Source: Bacteroidota bacterium
Lineage (GTDB): Bacteria; Bacteroidota; Bacteroidia; Bacteroidales; VadinHA17
NCBI GenBank assembly: GCA_030611395.1
Contig: JAUWPX010000001.1
Span: forward strand, 1-32,029
Length of the DNA: 32,029 nucleotides
Direction: 5' to 3'
The position numbers and the translations under genes are program-made. Below are positions 10,074 through 22,893 of this stretch, piece after piece. Position 1 is the stretch's first letter; each line of letters opens with the position of its first letter. The notes beneath the pieces are model-generated. The model did no database searches. It was not told the DNA's origin and saw only the letters and a list, made by a program, of their open reading frames with translations.

Positions 10074-10763
10074 ATGGGACAAAAAGTTAATCCGATAGGA
10101 AACAGATTAGGTATTATCAAGGGATGGGATTCCAACTGGTACGGTGGAAAAGATTATACTGTTAAGCTTGTAGAGGATGCTAAGATTAGAGAATATTTGA
10201 ATGTGCGTCTGGCGAAGGCAAACGTATCAAAGATAATTATCGAAAGAACCCTGAAGATGATTACCGTGACCGTTAATACAGCACGTCCGGGAATCATTAT
10301 CGGTAAAGGCGGGCAAGAAGTTGATAAGCTGAAAGAAGAACTTAAGAAGATTACCAATAAAGAAGTTCAGATTAATATTTTTGAAGTAAAACGACCGGAA
10401 CTGGATGCAACTATCGTTGCTAACAATATTGCAAGACAACTTGAAGGAAAGATTTCTTACCGGAGAGCTATTAAAATGGCTATTGCTTCAACTATGAGGA
10501 TGGGGGCTGAAGGAATGAAGGTATTGATCTCGGGGAGGTTAGGCGGTGCTGAAATGGCCCGGACAGAGACATATAAGGATGGCAGAATACCGTTACATAC
10601 TTTCAGAGCTGATATTGACTATGCTCTGGGTGAGGCGCTAACTAAAGTTGGTCTGATTGGAATTAAAGTATGGATTTGCAAAGGTGAAATAATTGGTAAA
10701 CGTGACCTTTCTCCAAATATTGAAGCTAAGAGTCCCAAAAGGGGGCCGCGGAGAAGAAAATAA
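10074..10763 (+). CDS. rpsC: 30S ribosomal protein S3 (uS3)
   Basis: 229 aa: [15 protein letters not shown]-domain segment GIIIGKGG. Confidence 0.98.
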   Translation: MGQKVNPIGNRLGIIKGWDSNWYGGKDYTVKLVEDAKIREYLNVRLAKANVSKIIIERTLKMITVTVNTARPGIIIGKGGQEVDKLKEELKKITNKEVQINIFEVKRPELDATIVANNIARQLEGKISYRRAIKMAIASTMRMGAEGMKVLISGRLGGAEMARTETYKDGRIPLHTFRADIDYALGEALTKVGLIGIKVWICKGEIIGKRDLSPNIEAKSPKRGPRRRK

Positions 10764-10804
10764 AAATTGATAATAAAGTTTTTTAATACGAAAGCTGAAA
10801 AGAG

Positions 10805-11224
10805 ATGTTACAGCCAAAGAAGACAAAGTTTAGAAGAAGCCAGAAAGGAAAAATGAAGGGTAATGCTAAGAGGGGATATACTCTGTCTTTTGGTTCATTC
10901 GGAATTAAAGTTTTGCAGGAAGCATGGATTACAGGAAGGCAGATTGAAGCAGCAAGACAGGCTGTTACCCGTCATATGAAGCGTGAAGGACAGATATGGA
11001 TAAGGATTTTTCCTGATAAACCTATCACTAAGAAACCTGCCGAAGTTAGAATGGGAAAAGGGAAGGGTGCTCCTGAGGGTTTTGTTGCATGTGTATCACC
11101 CGGAAGGATTATAATTGAGGCCGAAGGTGTACCTATAAAAATAGCAAAGGAAGCCCTCAGACTTGCAGCACAGAAGCTGCCGGTTACAACCAGGTTTGTT
11201 GTACGGAATGATTATGTTGAATAA
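10805..11224 (+). CDS. rplP: 50S ribosomal protein L16 (uL16)
   Basis: 139 aa: [26 protein letters not shown]. Confidence 0.98.
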   Translation: MLQPKKTKFRRSQKGKMKGNAKRGYTLSFGSFGIKVLQEAWITGRQIEAARQAVTRHMKREGQIWIRIFPDKPITKKPAEVRMGKGKGAPEGFVACVSPGRIIIEAEGVPIKIAKEALRLAAQKLPVTTRFVVRNDYVE

Positions 11225-11238
11225 ACAATAATATAGTG

Positions 11239-11445
11239 ATGGATACAGCTGAAATTAAAGGATTAACCACTAAGGAAATTTTTGAACGCATCGAAAATGA
11301 ACAGAATTTTTTGGGCAGGCAAAGAATGAATCATGCCGTGTCTCCGTTGGATAATCCTATGAAATTAAAAGAAAGCCGCAGAATTATTGCCAGATTAAAA
11401 ACTATTCTGCGTCAAAGACAAATGAATGAGGAACCAAATAGTTAG
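11239..11445 (+). CDS. rpmC: 50S ribosomal protein L29 (uL29)
   Basis: About 68 aa: MDTAEIKGLTTKEIFERI. The ATG at 11239 is preferred over the GTG at 11236 used by the ORF track. Sits between rplP and rpsQ. Confidence 0.92.
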   Translation: MDTAEIKGLTTKEIFERIENEQNFLGRQRMNHAVSPLDNPMKLKESRRIIARLKTILRQRQMNEEPNS

Positions 11446-11451
11446 TTTTCA

Positions 11452-11709
11452 ATGGAAAAGAGAAATCTGAGAAAAGAAAAAACAGGGCTTGTGGTAAGTA
11501 ATAAAATGGAGAAATCTATTGTTGTTACTGTAAACCGAAAAATAAAGCACCCTATTTATGGTAAATTCGTGAACAAGACAAGTAAATTTGTTGCTCATGA
11601 TGAAGAAAACAATTGCAATATTGGCGACTTAGTGAAGATTATGGAAACCAGGCCATTGAGCAAAAATAAAGTCTGGCGGTTAGTTGAAGTAATTGAAAGA
11701 GTTAAATAG
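11452..11709 (+). CDS. rpsQ: 30S ribosomal protein S17 (uS17)
   Basis: 85 aa: G.VVSNKM.KSIVV.V....KHPIYGKF....K...HDE.N....GD.V.I.E.RP.SK.K.W. Confidence 0.95.
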   Translation: MEKRNLRKEKTGLVVSNKMEKSIVVTVNRKIKHPIYGKFVNKTSKFVAHDEENNCNIGDLVKIMETRPLSKNKVWRLVEVIERVK

Positions 11710-11711
11710 CT

Positions 11712-12077
11712 ATGATACAGCAAGAAAGCAGATTATTAGTTGCAGATAATACGGGGGCAAAAGAAGTTCTTTGTATTCGCGTGTTGGGTGGTACCCGTAG
11801 AAGATATGCATCTATTGGTGACAAGATAATTGTTACAGTTAAAAGTGCTTTGCCTTCCGGTGAAGTTAAAAAAGGCATGGTAAGTACAGCTGTGGTTGTC
11901 AGAACCAAAAAGGAAATAAGAAGACCCGATGGATCATATATTCGCTTTGATGATAATGCTGTTGTTCTTTTGAATGCCGTGAATGAGATTCGTGGAACAA
12001 GGATATTTGGTCCGGTTCCCAGGGAGCTACGTGAAAAGTATATGAAGATCATATCCTTAGCACCTGAAGTATTATAA
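11712..12077 (+). CDS. rplN: 50S ribosomal protein L14 (uL14)
   Basis: 121 aa: [30 protein letters not shown]. Confidence 0.98.
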   Translation: MIQQESRLLVADNTGAKEVLCIRVLGGTRRRYASIGDKIIVTVKSALPSGEVKKGMVSTAVVVRTKKEIRRPDGSYIRFDDNAVVLLNAVNEIRGTRIFGPVPRELREKYMKIISLAPEVL

Positions 12078-12096
12078 TTTTAAAAAGCATATTCAG

Positions 12097-12420
12097 ATGC
12101 AGAAGAAATTGCACATAAAAAAGGGAGATTCGGTTGTTGTTAATACAGGCGAATCAAAAGGACAACGTGGCAGAGTATTAGAAATTTATCGTAAGAAACA
12201 ACGTGCTCTTGTTGAGGGAGTTAATATAATATCTAAGCATACAAAACCTGATGCTCAAAATCCTCAGGGAGGGATTGTGAAAAAAGAAGCCCCTGTTCAT
12301 ATTTCAAACCTGATGCTTATCGATCCTTCAAGCGGTGAGCCAACACGGACAGGAAGAAAATATAACGATAATAAAAAATTGGTGCGTTATTCAAAAAAAT
12401 CAGGGGAGGAGATTAAGTAA
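12097..12420 (+). CDS. rplX: 50S ribosomal protein L24 (uL24)
   Basis: 107 aa with KOW motif [21 protein letters not shown]. Confidence 0.95.
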   Translation: MQKKLHIKKGDSVVVNTGESKGQRGRVLEIYRKKQRALVEGVNIISKHTKPDAQNPQGGIVKKEAPVHISNLMLIDPSSGEPTRTGRKYNDNKKLVRYSKKSGEEIK

Positions 12421-12974
12421 TGGAAAAAACACTCACACTGAGAAAGAAATACCTCGAGGAAATAGTTCCTGCGTTGAAAAAAGAATTTGGATACAAATCA
12501 AGGATGCAGGTCCCAAGGTTGCAGAAAATTGTAATCAATCAGGGAATTGGTGAAGCTGTTGCGGATAAAAAGATGATAGACATCGGAGTGGATGAAATTT
12601 CTGCTATTGCAGGTCAAAAAGCTGTACAAACCAGATCAAAAAAGGATATATCCAATTTCAAACTCAGAAAGGATATGCCTATTGGTGTTACAGTGACTTT
12701 GCGGAGGGATAGAATGTACGAATTTCTGGAAAGACTTATTCGTGTAACGATACCTCGTATAAGGGATTTTAGAGGTATTAATAATAAATTTGATGGACAT
12801 GGGAATTATACTCTGGGGATTACTGAACAGATAATTTTTCCTGAAATCAATCTTGATAAAATTAATAAAATTCAGGGGCTGCAGATATCATTTGTGTCTT
12901 CAGCTCAGACAGACGAAGAAGGATTAGCGCTATTACGAGAATTCGGAATGCCTTTTAAAAACATTAATAAATAG
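12420..12974 (+). CDS. rplE: 50S ribosomal protein L5 (uL5)
   Basis: 184 aa: [20 protein letters not shown]......[23 protein letters not shown] overlap with rplX. Confidence 0.97.
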   Translation: MEKTLTLRKKYLEEIVPALKKEFGYKSRMQVPRLQKIVINQGIGEAVADKKMIDIGVDEISAIAGQKAVQTRSKKDISNFKLRKDMPIGVTVTLRRDRMYEFLERLIRVTIPRIRDFRGINNKFDGHGNYTLGITEQIIFPEINLDKINKIQGLQISFVSSAQTDEEGLALLREFGMPFKNINK

Positions 12975-12980
12975 ATCAGT

Positions 12981-13250
12981 ATGGCAAAGGAATCAATGAA
13001 AGCCCGGGAAGTTAAGCGTAAAAAGCTTGTTGATAAGTATGCAGAAAAAAGGGCAAAGCTTAAAGCAGAAGGTGATTATGTTGGGTTAAGCCTATTGCCA
13101 CGAAATTCGAATCCAATTCGTTTGCATAACAGGTGCAGTCTTACCGGTCGTCCGAAGGGATATATGAGACAGTTTGGTATTAGCAGGATTACTTTTCGCG
13201 AAATGGCAAATAAAGGTTTGATCCCTGGAGTAAAAAAAGCGAGTTGGTAA
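12981..13250 (+). CDS. rpsN: 30S ribosomal protein S14 (uS14), long Cys-poor (non-zinc) form
   Basis: 89 aa: [25 protein letters not shown]-terminal KKASW. It has only one Cys, so there is no CxxC pair. Confidence 0.96.
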   Translation: MAKESMKAREVKRKKLVDKYAEKRAKLKAEGDYVGLSLLPRNSNPIRLHNRCSLTGRPKGYMRQFGISRITFREMANKGLIPGVKKASW

Positions 13251-13259
13251 ATTGTTTTA

Positions 13260-13274
13260 TCCCGGTAACCGGGG
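13260..13274 (+). other. Short GC hairpin (CCCGG-TAA-CCGGG) in the rpsN-rpsH spacer
   Basis: Read directly at 13261-13273. It lies in the longest spacer (57 nt) of the r-protein cluster and has no following T-run. Function is unknown. Confidence 0.25.
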
Positions 13275-13307
13275 AAAAAGGAATAAAGAAATTAAACAGA
13301 GAACAAA

Positions 13308-13703
13308 ATGACAGATCCGATAGCAGATTATCTTACGAGAATAAGAAATGCCATAATGGCAAAAAATAAGGTGGTTGAAATTCCGGCTTCTAATATAAGG
13401 AAAGATATGACCAAAATCCTTTTTGATTCGGGCTATATCCTTAACTATAAGTTTGTGGACGATGATCTTCAGGGAATTATTAAAATAGCTTTGAAATATA
13501 GTCCGGAAAATAAAAAATCAGCCATAAAATCGATTAAGAGAGTGAGCCGTCCGGGTTTGAGAAAGTATACAGGTGCAGCTAACTTGCCCAGAGTGCTTAA
13601 TGGTCTGGGGATAGCAATACTTTCAACTTCGCAGGGTGTAATGACCAATAAGGCAGCAAGGAAGATGAATATTGGTGGTGAAGTTTTATGTTACGTGCAA
13701 TAA
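13308..13703 (+). CDS. rpsH: 30S ribosomal protein S8 (uS8)
   Basis: 131 aa: [23 protein letters not shown]. Confidence 0.98.
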   Translation: MTDPIADYLTRIRNAIMAKNKVVEIPASNIRKDMTKILFDSGYILNYKFVDDDLQGIIKIALKYSPENKKSAIKSIKRVSRPGLRKYTGAANLPRVLNGLGIAILSTSQGVMTNKAARKMNIGGEVLCYVQ

Positions 13704-13722
13704 GTTTAAGGAGGTTAATTAA

Positions 13723-14274
13723 ATGTCGAGAATAGGAATTTTGCCGATTCAATTACCAGAGGGAGTGACAGTTACAGTCAATAAAAATGTAATTGTTGTT
13801 AAAGGCCCTCTTGGTGAGTTGTCTCAGGAAATAAATAATGACATAAAGGTAAAGATTGAAGAAAATCATATGGTTCTGGAAAGACCTACCGATCAGAAAC
13901 GGCATAAAGCCCTGCATGGACTCTATCGTTCATTGGTTTTTAATATGGTTGCCGGTGTGTCAGAAGGATATACGATACAACAGGAATTGGTTGGTGTTGG
14001 TTTCAAAGCTGAAGCAAAGGGTCAAAGACTGGAGCTGAATTTAGGTTTTTCGCATGATATTTATATTGAATTACCTGAGGAAGTTAAAGTTGAGACTGTA
14101 ACTGAACGGAGAAAGAATCCTGTTATTACCTTAAAAAGTCATGACAAACAACTTATTGGACAGGTGGCTGCAAAGATCCGTTCATTTCGTCCCCCTGAAC
14201 CATATAAAGGTAAGGGAATTAGGTTTGTGGGTGAACAAATTAGAAAGAAAGCCGGGAAGGCTGCAAGTGTTTAA
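13723..14274 (+). CDS. rplF: 50S ribosomal protein L6 (uL6)
   Basis: 183 aa: MSRIGILPIQLPEGV, PEPYKGKGIRF. Confidence 0.97.
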   Translation: MSRIGILPIQLPEGVTVTVNKNVIVVKGPLGELSQEINNDIKVKIEENHMVLERPTDQKRHKALHGLYRSLVFNMVAGVSEGYTIQQELVGVGFKAEAKGQRLELNLGFSHDIYIELPEEVKVETVTERRKNPVITLKSHDKQLIGQVAAKIRSFRPPEPYKGKGIRFVGEQIRKKAGKAASV

Positions 14275-14295
14275 TAGTGTAAAACTAAGTATACT

Positions 14296-14655
14296 ATGCC
14301 TTTAACAAAGAGCGAAAGAAGACAAAAAATTAAAATACGTATCCGTGGAAAACTTTCCGGTACGAGTGAAAAACCGAGAATGTCTGTATTCAGAAGTAAC
14401 AAGCAGATATCTGTTCAGTTAATTGATGATTCTCAGGGTAAAACGCTGCTTGCAGCATCATCTCTTGAGAAAGTTATTGCAGATAAAAAGGTTATCACAA
14501 AAATCGAGCAAGCCAAACTTGTCGGGAAATTGATTGCAGAAAAATGTAAGAAAGATGGAATTAAGCAAGTAGTTTTCGATAGGAGTGTATATTTGTTTCA
14601 TGGGAGAGTAAAATCGTTAGCTGATGCAGCCCGGGAAAACGGGTTAAAAATTTAA
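14296..14655 (+). CDS. rplR: 50S ribosomal protein L18 (uL18)
   Basis: 119 aa: [41 protein letters not shown]. Confidence 0.95.
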   Translation: MPLTKSERRQKIKIRIRGKLSGTSEKPRMSVFRSNKQISVQLIDDSQGKTLLAASSLEKVIADKKVITKIEQAKLVGKLIAEKCKKDGIKQVVFDRSVYLFHGRVKSLADAARENGLKI

Positions 14656-14659
14656 GATT

Positions 14660-15175
14660 ATGTCGAACAGTATTAGAAAAGTAAAAACCATTGATCTTGA
14701 ACTCAAGGACCGACTTGTGGGTATTCAGAGGGTAACAAAGGTTACCAAAGGTGGTCGTACCTTTAGTTTTTCAGCAATTGTTGTGGTTGGTAATGAAGAT
14801 GGGATAGTTGGATACGGATTGGGAAAGGCCAGTGAAGTTACAACTGCCATTGCAAAGGGTGTTGAGGATGCAAAAAAGAACCTTATTAAAGTGCCAATTA
14901 TTAATGGTACAATTCCTCATGAGCAATTAGCTAAATTTGGTGGAGCAAAGGTATTTATTAAACCTGCATCCAGTGGTACAGGTGTTAAAGCAGGTGGTGC
15001 AATGAGAGCTGTGCTTGAAAGTGTCGGAGTAAAGAATGTTCTTGCGAAATCAAAAGGATCATCAAATCCGCACAACCTGGTTAAAGCTACTATGAAGGCG
15101 TTGCTTGAATTAAGAGACGCATTTTCTGTGGCCCGGCAAAGAGGAATTTCGATGGAAAAAGTTTTTAACGGTTAG
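14660..15175 (+). CDS. rpsE: 30S ribosomal protein S5 (uS5)
   Basis: 171 aa: [33 protein letters not shown]. Confidence 0.97.
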   Translation: MSNSIRKVKTIDLELKDRLVGIQRVTKVTKGGRTFSFSAIVVVGNEDGIVGYGLGKASEVTTAIAKGVEDAKKNLIKVPIINGTIPHEQLAKFGGAKVFIKPASSGTGVKAGGAMRAVLESVGVKNVLAKSKGSSNPHNLVKATMKALLELRDAFSVARQRGISMEKVFNG

Positions 15176-15193
15176 ATTAGAAAGATTTTGGTT

Positions 15194-15373
15194 ATGGCAA
15201 AAATTCGCGTAACACAGGTAAAAAGTAAAATAGGTAGTGAAAAGCGTCAGAAAAGAACGCTTGAAGCACTTGGTTTGAAAAAAATGCAAAGCTCTGTTGA
15301 GGTAGAAGCTACGCCGCAAATATTGGGAATGGTTAATAAAGTCATTCACCTTGTGAAAGTTGAAAAATTGTAA
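15194..15373 (+). CDS. rpmD: 50S ribosomal protein L30 (uL30)
   Basis: 59 aa from the ATG at 15194: MAKIRVTQVKSKIG...RTLEALGLKK. The ORF track begins two codons earlier at a TTG. Confidence 0.92.
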   Translation: MAKIRVTQVKSKIGSEKRQKRTLEALGLKKMQSSVEVEATPQILGMVNKVIHLVKVEKL

Positions 15374-15397
15374 TAATAAAATATATGTTTCATTATC

Positions 15398-15850
15398 ATG
15401 GATTTAAGTAATTTAAAACCTGCAGAAGGATCAACAAAAAAACCCAAAAGGATCGGAAGAGGTCAGGGGTCTGGAAGAGGTGGCACTGCTACCAGAGGAC
15501 ATAAGGGTCAGAAATCCAGGTCGGGATACTCAAAGAAAATTGGTTTTGAAGGTGGCCAAATGCCTCTGCAGCGCAGGGTTCCTAAATTTGGATTTACGAA
15601 TCCCACCAGGAAAGAGTATAAAGGTGTGAATCTGGATGTGATCCAGGCTCTTGCTGAAAAGATAAAGACAGATAAAATAGATATTGAAACACTTGTAAAA
15701 GCCGGGGTAGTATCTGGGAGGACTTTAGTGAAAATTCTGGGTAATGGTAAGTTAACAATGAAACTTGATGTGAAAGCACATGCTTTCTCAAAGTCAGCAC
15801 AGGAAGCCATTGAATCCAGGAAAGGAACTGTTGAAAAAATAACTTTCTAA
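15398..15850 (+). CDS. rplO: 50S ribosomal protein L15 (uL15)
   Basis: 150 aa: RIGRGQGSGRGGTATRGHKGQKSRSG, FEGGQMPLQRRVPK. Confidence 0.97.
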   Translation: MDLSNLKPAEGSTKKPKRIGRGQGSGRGGTATRGHKGQKSRSGYSKKIGFEGGQMPLQRRVPKFGFTNPTRKEYKGVNLDVIQALAEKIKTDKIDIETLVKAGVVSGRTLVKILGNGKLTMKLDVKAHAFSKSAQEAIESRKGTVEKITF

Positions 15851-17184
15851 TGAAAGCGATTAATACAATAAGAAATATTTTTAGAATTGAAGATCTTCGT
15901 AACAGGATCCTTTACACACTTGGTATATTATTAATTTACCGGTTAGGAAAATATGTTACCCTCCCTGGTATAGATCCTTCTCAGCTTGAGAATTTGCAGG
16001 CGCAAACACAACAAGGAATAATGGGATTGCTGGATATGTTTTCAGGAGGAGCATTTTCACAAGCATCGGTTTTTGCACTTGGTATTATGCCATATATTTC
16101 TGCATCGATTGTGATACAATTAATGGGAATTGCTGTTCCATATTTTCAGAGATTACAAAAGGAAGGTGAGAGCGGAAGAAGAAAGATAAACCAGATCACC
16201 AGGTATCTTACAATTGGTATTTTAGTTATTCAGGCCCCAACATATCTTATGAACCTGCATGCCCAACTTCCTGAAACTGCATTTGTTCTCAAGGGGCCAT
16301 TCTTTACTGTTTCATCAGTGATTATCCTTACCACAGGAACAATGTTTGTAATGTGGCTTGGCGAAAAAATCACAGATAAAGGAATTGGTAATGGTATTTC
16401 TCTGATTATTATGATAGGTATTATTGCACGTCTCCCGTCATCTCTGATATTTGAATTTGGGACACGTGTAAATGGTTCGGGTGGGTTAGTTGGCTTACTT
16501 ATTGAATTTGTATTCCTTTTTATGGTAGTACTCTGTACAATTTTGCTTGTTCAGGGGACAAGAAGAATACCTGTCCAATATGCTAAAAGAATCGTAGGGA
16601 ATAAACAATATGGAGGAGTGAGACAATATATCCCCCTTAAAGTTAATGCTGCAGGTGTTATGCCCATCATTTTTGCGCAGGCAATAATGATGCTGCCGAT
16701 AATGCTTATTGGATATTCATCTTCAGATTCAGTATCAGGATTTGCAGCAGCGTTTTCAAATATGTATGGATTTTGGTATAGTTTTGTATTTGGCATTTTA
16801 ATAATATTATTTACATATTTTTATACTGCTATTACAATTAATCCTGGCCAGATGGCTGAGGATATGAAGAAAAACGGAGGATTTATCCCCGGAATTAAAC
16901 CCGGACGTAAAACGGTTGAATTTCTTGATACGATTATGTCAAGGATAACCCTGCCGGGATCATTTTTTCTTGCATTAGTTGCAATACTTCCTGCTTTTGC
17001 TGTGAATCTTGGCGTGTCCGGACAATTTGCTCAATTCTATGGTGGAACTTCATTACTTATTTTGGTTGGTGTTGTTCTGGATACGTTACAACAAATTGAA
17101 AGTCATTTGTTAATGCGTCATTATGACGGTTTAATGAAAACAGGAAGAATAAAAGGAAGAACAGGTAGTGCTGCTATAATATAA
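15850..17184 (+). CDS. secY: Preprotein translocase subunit SecY
   Basis: 444 aa, about 10 hydrophobic segments, GIMPYISASIVIQL. Conserved position after rplO, with a TAATG overlap. Confidence 0.97.
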   Translation: MKAINTIRNIFRIEDLRNRILYTLGILLIYRLGKYVTLPGIDPSQLENLQAQTQQGIMGLLDMFSGGAFSQASVFALGIMPYISASIVIQLMGIAVPYFQRLQKEGESGRRKINQITRYLTIGILVIQAPTYLMNLHAQLPETAFVLKGPFFTVSSVIILTTGTMFVMWLGEKITDKGIGNGISLIIMIGIIARLPSSLIFEFGTRVNGSGGLVGLLIEFVFLFMVVLCTILLVQGTRRIPVQYAKRIVGNKQYGGVRQYIPLKVNAAGVMPIIFAQAIMMLPIMLIGYSSSDSVSGFAAAFSNMYGFWYSFVFGILIILFTYFYTAITINPGQMAEDMKKNGGFIPGIKPGRKTVEFLDTIMSRITLPGSFFLALVAILPAFAVNLGVSGQFAQFYGGTSLLILVGVVLDTLQQIESHLLMRHYDGLMKTGRIKGRTGSAAII

Positions 17185-17197
17185 TAAACGTTCTTTG

Positions 17198-17971
17198 ATG
17201 GTAAATTACAAGACTGACAGGGAGATTGAGATACTCAGGGAGAATAACCTTCTTGTATCAAAAACGCTTGCCGAGTTGGTGAAATATATCAAGCCTGGTG
17301 TTACAACCCGAAAACTTGATATAATTGCAGAGGAATATATCAGAGACCATGGAGCTGAACCCGGGTTTAAGGGATACAACGGTTTTCCTAATACCCTTTG
17401 TACTTCAGTTAACAGCGAGGTAGTTCATGGAATACCATCCGGATATGAATTAATTGAAGGTGATATTATTTCAATTGATTGTGGAGTTATTAATGATGGG
17501 TTTTACGGAGATTCCGCTTTTACATTCCCGGTTGGTGAGGTAGATGAGAAAGTGTTGAAATTGCTTAAATATACCCGTGAATCATTAGAGAAAGGTGTTG
17601 AGAAGGCAGTTCATGGTAACAGGCTCGGTGATATTAGTTTTGCTGTTCAGAAGCATGCTGAAAGTGGTGGTTTTTCTGTTGTTAGGGAAATGGTAGGGCA
17701 TGGTCTCGGAAGAAACCTGCATGAACAACCGGAAGTTCCCAATTACGGAAATCGTAATCAGGGCATTAAGTTGAAAAAAGGACTTGTAATTTGCATTGAA
17801 CCCATGATAAACATGGGAATGAAAAATATTACCCAGGACCCGAATGGTTGGACCATCCGGACAATGGACAATAAACCATCGGCACATTTTGAATATGCCG
17901 TTGCTATCGATCACGGGAAAGCAGATGTATTAACCACTTTCCGGTTTATCGATGAAATATTAAAAAATTAA
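17198..17971 (+). CDS. map: Type I methionine aminopeptidase
   Basis: About 257 aa: [37 protein letters not shown] metal-site context. The ATG at 17198 is preferred over the TTG at 17195. Confidence 0.95.
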   Translation: MVNYKTDREIEILRENNLLVSKTLAELVKYIKPGVTTRKLDIIAEEYIRDHGAEPGFKGYNGFPNTLCTSVNSEVVHGIPSGYELIEGDIISIDCGVINDGFYGDSAFTFPVGEVDEKVLKLLKYTRESLEKGVEKAVHGNRLGDISFAVQKHAESGGFSVVREMVGHGLGRNLHEQPEVPNYGNRNQGIKLKKGLVICIEPMINMGMKNITQDPNGWTIRTMDNKPSAHFEYAVAIDHGKADVLTTFRFIDEILKN

Positions 17972-17982
17972 ATAATTTAGTA

Positions 17983-18201
17983 ATGGCGAAACAACAATCA
18001 ATTGAACAGGATGGTACAATTATTGAGGCGCTGTCTAACGCAATGTTTCGTGTTGAGTTAGAAAACGGACACGTTATTACTGCTCATATTTCAGGGAAGA
18101 TGCGAATGCATTATATTAAAATTCTTCCCGGGGATAAAGTTAAGGTTGAAATGTCGCCTTATGATCTTACAAAGGGAAGAATAACGTTCAGGTATAAATA
18201 A
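17983..18201 (+). CDS. infA: Translation initiation factor IF-1
   Basis: 72 aa S1-like fold: [58 protein letters not shown]. Confidence 0.98.
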   Translation: MAKQQSIEQDGTIIEALSNAMFRVELENGHVITAHISGKMRMHYIKILPGDKVKVEMSPYDLTKGRITFRYK

Positions 18202-18217
18202 AGAAAATAAATAGACC

Positions 18218-18334
18218 ATGAAGGTAAAAGCATCTGTAAAGAAACGTAGTTCTGACTGTAAAATCGTTAGAAGAAAAGGAAGACTTTACGTTATTAATAA
18301 GAAGAATCCCAGATTTAAACAAAGACAGGGATAA
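18218..18334 (+). CDS. rpmJ: 50S ribosomal protein L36 (bL36), Cys-poor form
   Basis: Absent from the ORF track because it is only 38 aa. My translation is [38 protein letters not shown], stop TAA 18332-18334. Canonical infA-rpmJ-rpsM position. Confidence 0.93.
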   Translation: MKVKASVKKRSSDCKIVRRKGRLYVINKKNPRFKQRQG

Positions 18335-18369
18335 GAATTTTTTATTATAATTTTTAATTAAAAGTTTCT

Positions 18370-18747
18370 ATGGCAAGAATAGTTGGAGTTGATTTACCAA
18401 ATGAAAAAAGAGGAGAAATAGGTTTAACCTATATCTACGGTATTGGAAAAAGTAATGCAGGTAAAATCCTCGATAAGGCTGGAATAGACCGGGATATGAA
18501 AGTTAAGGATTGGTCTGATGATCAGCTTAATATTATTAGAAAGATTCTGAATGATGAATACAAGCTTGAAGGAGAGTTGCGTTCGGAAATGCAGATGAAT
18601 ATAAAGCGATTAATGGATATTGGGAGTTACCGTGGTATTCGTCATCGTACAGGAATGCCTGTACGAGGTCAAGGCACAAAAAACAATGCAAGAACCCGTA
18701 AAGGCAGAAGGAAAACTATTGCTAATAAAAAGAAAGCAACAAAATAG
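18370..18747 (+). CDS. rpsM: 30S ribosomal protein S13 (uS13)
   Basis: 125 aa: [29 protein letters not shown]. Confidence 0.98.
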   Translation: MARIVGVDLPNEKRGEIGLTYIYGIGKSNAGKILDKAGIDRDMKVKDWSDDQLNIIRKILNDEYKLEGELRSEMQMNIKRLMDIGSYRGIRHRTGMPVRGQGTKNNARTRKGRRKTIANKKKATK

Positions 18748-18755
18748 ACTAGAAT

Positions 18756-19145
18756 ATGGCTAAGAAGAAAGGTGTTTCACGAAAAAAAGTGGTTAAGGTT
18801 GAACCCTACGGGCAAGCCCATATCCATGCTTCATTTAATAATATCATTATTTCTTTGACTAATAATTCAGGGCAAGTTATATCCTGGGCTTCGGCAGGAA
18901 AAATGGGATTCAGAGGTTCAAAGAAAAACACTCCTTACGCGGCACAGATGGCAGCTGAGGAGTGTACCAAGACGGCTTATGACAATGGTTTAAGAAAAGT
19001 GAAGGTGTTTGTAAAAGGTCCGGGTTCAGGAAGAGAATCTGCCATAAGAACAATACATTCAAATGGTATTGAGGTAACCGAAATTATGGATGTTACACCT
19101 ATGCCGCATAACGGGTGCAGACCGCCAAAAAGAAGAAGAGTTTAG
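18756..19145 (+). CDS. rpsK: 30S ribosomal protein S11 (uS11)
   Basis: 129 aa: [35 protein letters not shown]. Confidence 0.98.
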   Translation: MAKKKGVSRKKVVKVEPYGQAHIHASFNNIIISLTNNSGQVISWASAGKMGFRGSKKNTPYAAQMAAEECTKTAYDNGLRKVKVFVKGPGSGRESAIRTIHSNGIEVTEIMDVTPMPHNGCRPPKRRRV

Positions 19146-19193
19146 GTTTATAATATATAGGAAAACTAATAATTAAAAACAAGAGAAATATAA

Positions 19194-19802
19194 ATGGCAA
19201 GATATATCGGACCAAAAACGAAAATTGCAAGAAAATTTGGCGATCCTATTTACGGACCCGATAAGTACTTTGAGAAAAAGAACTTTCCACCAGGACAACA
19301 TGGGGCCAACAAAAGAAGAAGAAAAACTTCTGAATATGGAATCCAGCTGAAAGAAAAACAGAAAGCCAAATATACTTATGGTGTGTTGGAACGTCAGTTT
19401 GCAAAATTATTTGATAAAGCTTTAAGAAAAAAGGGTGTTACGGGAGAAGTGCTTCTCCAACTGCTTGAGTCAAGACTGGATAATGTAGTATTTCGGATGG
19501 GTATTGCACCAACCAGAAACGGAGCCCGGCAACTTGTGTCACATAAACACATAACTGTAAATGGAAAGGTTTCGAATATTCCTTCATTTTTACTTAAGCC
19601 TGGTGATATTGTTGCTGTTCGTGAAAAATCAAAATCTCTTGAGGTAGTATTAAATTCCCTTGAGACTGTACGATATTCTAACTTATCCTGGCTCGAATGG
19701 GATCAGGATCAATTGGCAGGCAAGTTTCTAAATGTGCCTGATAGAGAAGATATTCCTGAGAATATCAAAGAACAATTAATAGTTGAATTATATTCAAAAT
19801 AA
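19194..19802 (+). CDS. rpsD: 30S ribosomal protein S4 (uS4)
   Basis: 202 aa: [25 protein letters not shown]4 RNA-binding domain. Confidence 0.98.
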   Translation: MARYIGPKTKIARKFGDPIYGPDKYFEKKNFPPGQHGANKRRRKTSEYGIQLKEKQKAKYTYGVLERQFAKLFDKALRKKGVTGEVLLQLLESRLDNVVFRMGIAPTRNGARQLVSHKHITVNGKVSNIPSFLLKPGDIVAVREKSKSLEVVLNSLETVRYSNLSWLEWDQDQLAGKFLNVPDREDIPENIKEQLIVELYSK

Positions 19803-19820
19803 TTTTTAAGAAATTAATAT

Positions 19821-20813
19821 ATGGCCATACTAGCATTCCAAAAGCCCGATAAAGTAATAATGATTGAATCGGATGAAAAATTTGGTAAATTCGAATTTCG
19901 TCCTTTAGAACCCGGATATGGGATTACCGTTGGTAATGCCATAAGAAGAATTCTGCTCTCTTCGCTTGAAGGGTATGCAATTACTACTGTTAAAATTGAT
20001 GGTATCGATCACGAATTTTCAACCATAAAGGGTGTTATGGAAGATGTGACCGAAATGGTTCTCAACCTTAAACAAATCCGGTTTAAGAAACAGGTTGAAG
20101 ACGTTGATAGCGAGAAGATAATGGTTAAAATTTCGGGTAAAAGCGAATTCAAAGCAGGTGATCTTTCAGAGTTTTTAAATGGCTTTGAGGTTCTGAATAC
20201 CGATCATGTCATTTGCAGATTAGAATCTGATGTAAAACTTCAGATGGAGATATCAATTAATAAAGGAAGAGGTTATGTGCCTTCTGAAGAAAATGCACCA
20301 CCTGAAATGGAATATGGACTAATTGCTCTCGATTCAATATTTACACCTATTAAGAATGTTAAGTATTCTATTGAAAACTTCAGGGTAGAGCAAAAGACTG
20401 ATTATGAAAAGCTTATTTTTGAAATACAAACAGATGGTTCGATATCTCCAAAAGAAGCACTGAAAGAAGCAGCAAAAATCCTGATCTATCACTTTATGCT
20501 TTTCTCTGATGAGAAGATCACTTTAGATACAGATGAAAAATTTGCTAATGAAGAGTTTGATGAGGAAGTACTTCATATGAGGCAATTGCTTAAAACGAAG
20601 CTTGTTGATCTCGACCTGTCCGTTCGTGCTCTGAATTGCTTAAAGGCAGCTGAGGTTGAGTCTTTAGGAGAACTTGTTAAGTATAACAAGAATGATTTAC
20701 TTAAGTTTAGAAACTTTGGAAAAAAATCTCTTACTGAACTTGAAGACCTCCTGAAGTCAATGAGCCTTAATTTTGGCATGGATACAAGTAAATATAAGTT
20801 AGATAAGGAATAA
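19821..20813 (+). CDS. rpoA: DNA-directed RNA polymerase alpha subunit
   Basis: 330 aa: N-terminal [22 protein letters not shown]-terminal alpha-[26 protein letters not shown]. Confidence 0.98.
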   Translation: MAILAFQKPDKVIMIESDEKFGKFEFRPLEPGYGITVGNAIRRILLSSLEGYAITTVKIDGIDHEFSTIKGVMEDVTEMVLNLKQIRFKKQVEDVDSEKIMVKISGKSEFKAGDLSEFLNGFEVLNTDHVICRLESDVKLQMEISINKGRGYVPSEENAPPEMEYGLIALDSIFTPIKNVKYSIENFRVEQKTDYEKLIFEIQTDGSISPKEALKEAAKILIYHFMLFSDEKITLDTDEKFANEEFDEEVLHMRQLLKTKLVDLDLSVRALNCLKAAEVESLGELVKYNKNDLLKFRNFGKKSLTELEDLLKSMSLNFGMDTSKYKLDKE

Positions 20814-20847
20814 TTTTTGTGAATAACAGGTAATCGAATTTTGAGAA

Positions 20848-22730
<1,883 letters not shown>

Positions 22731-22756
22731 AAAGAGATTTTCTAAATAACTATAAA

Positions 22757-22792
22757 ACAGAGGCTGATGTCAATTAGTCTCTGTTTTTTTTT
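22757..22792 (+). terminator. Rho-independent terminator downstream of eno
   Basis: Stem ACAGAGGCT (22757-22765) pairs with AGTCTCTGT (22776-22784), with one G-U pair and a 10-nt loop. It is followed by a 9-T run to 22792. Confidence 0.8.
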
Positions 22793-22893
22793 AAAAAATG
22801 ATTTACAGCATATAAATATCTTAGGTTTTGATGGTAATATCACCTACATTTAATGAAAATATTAATTTTAATAATCAAAAACCCATCTGAAAA

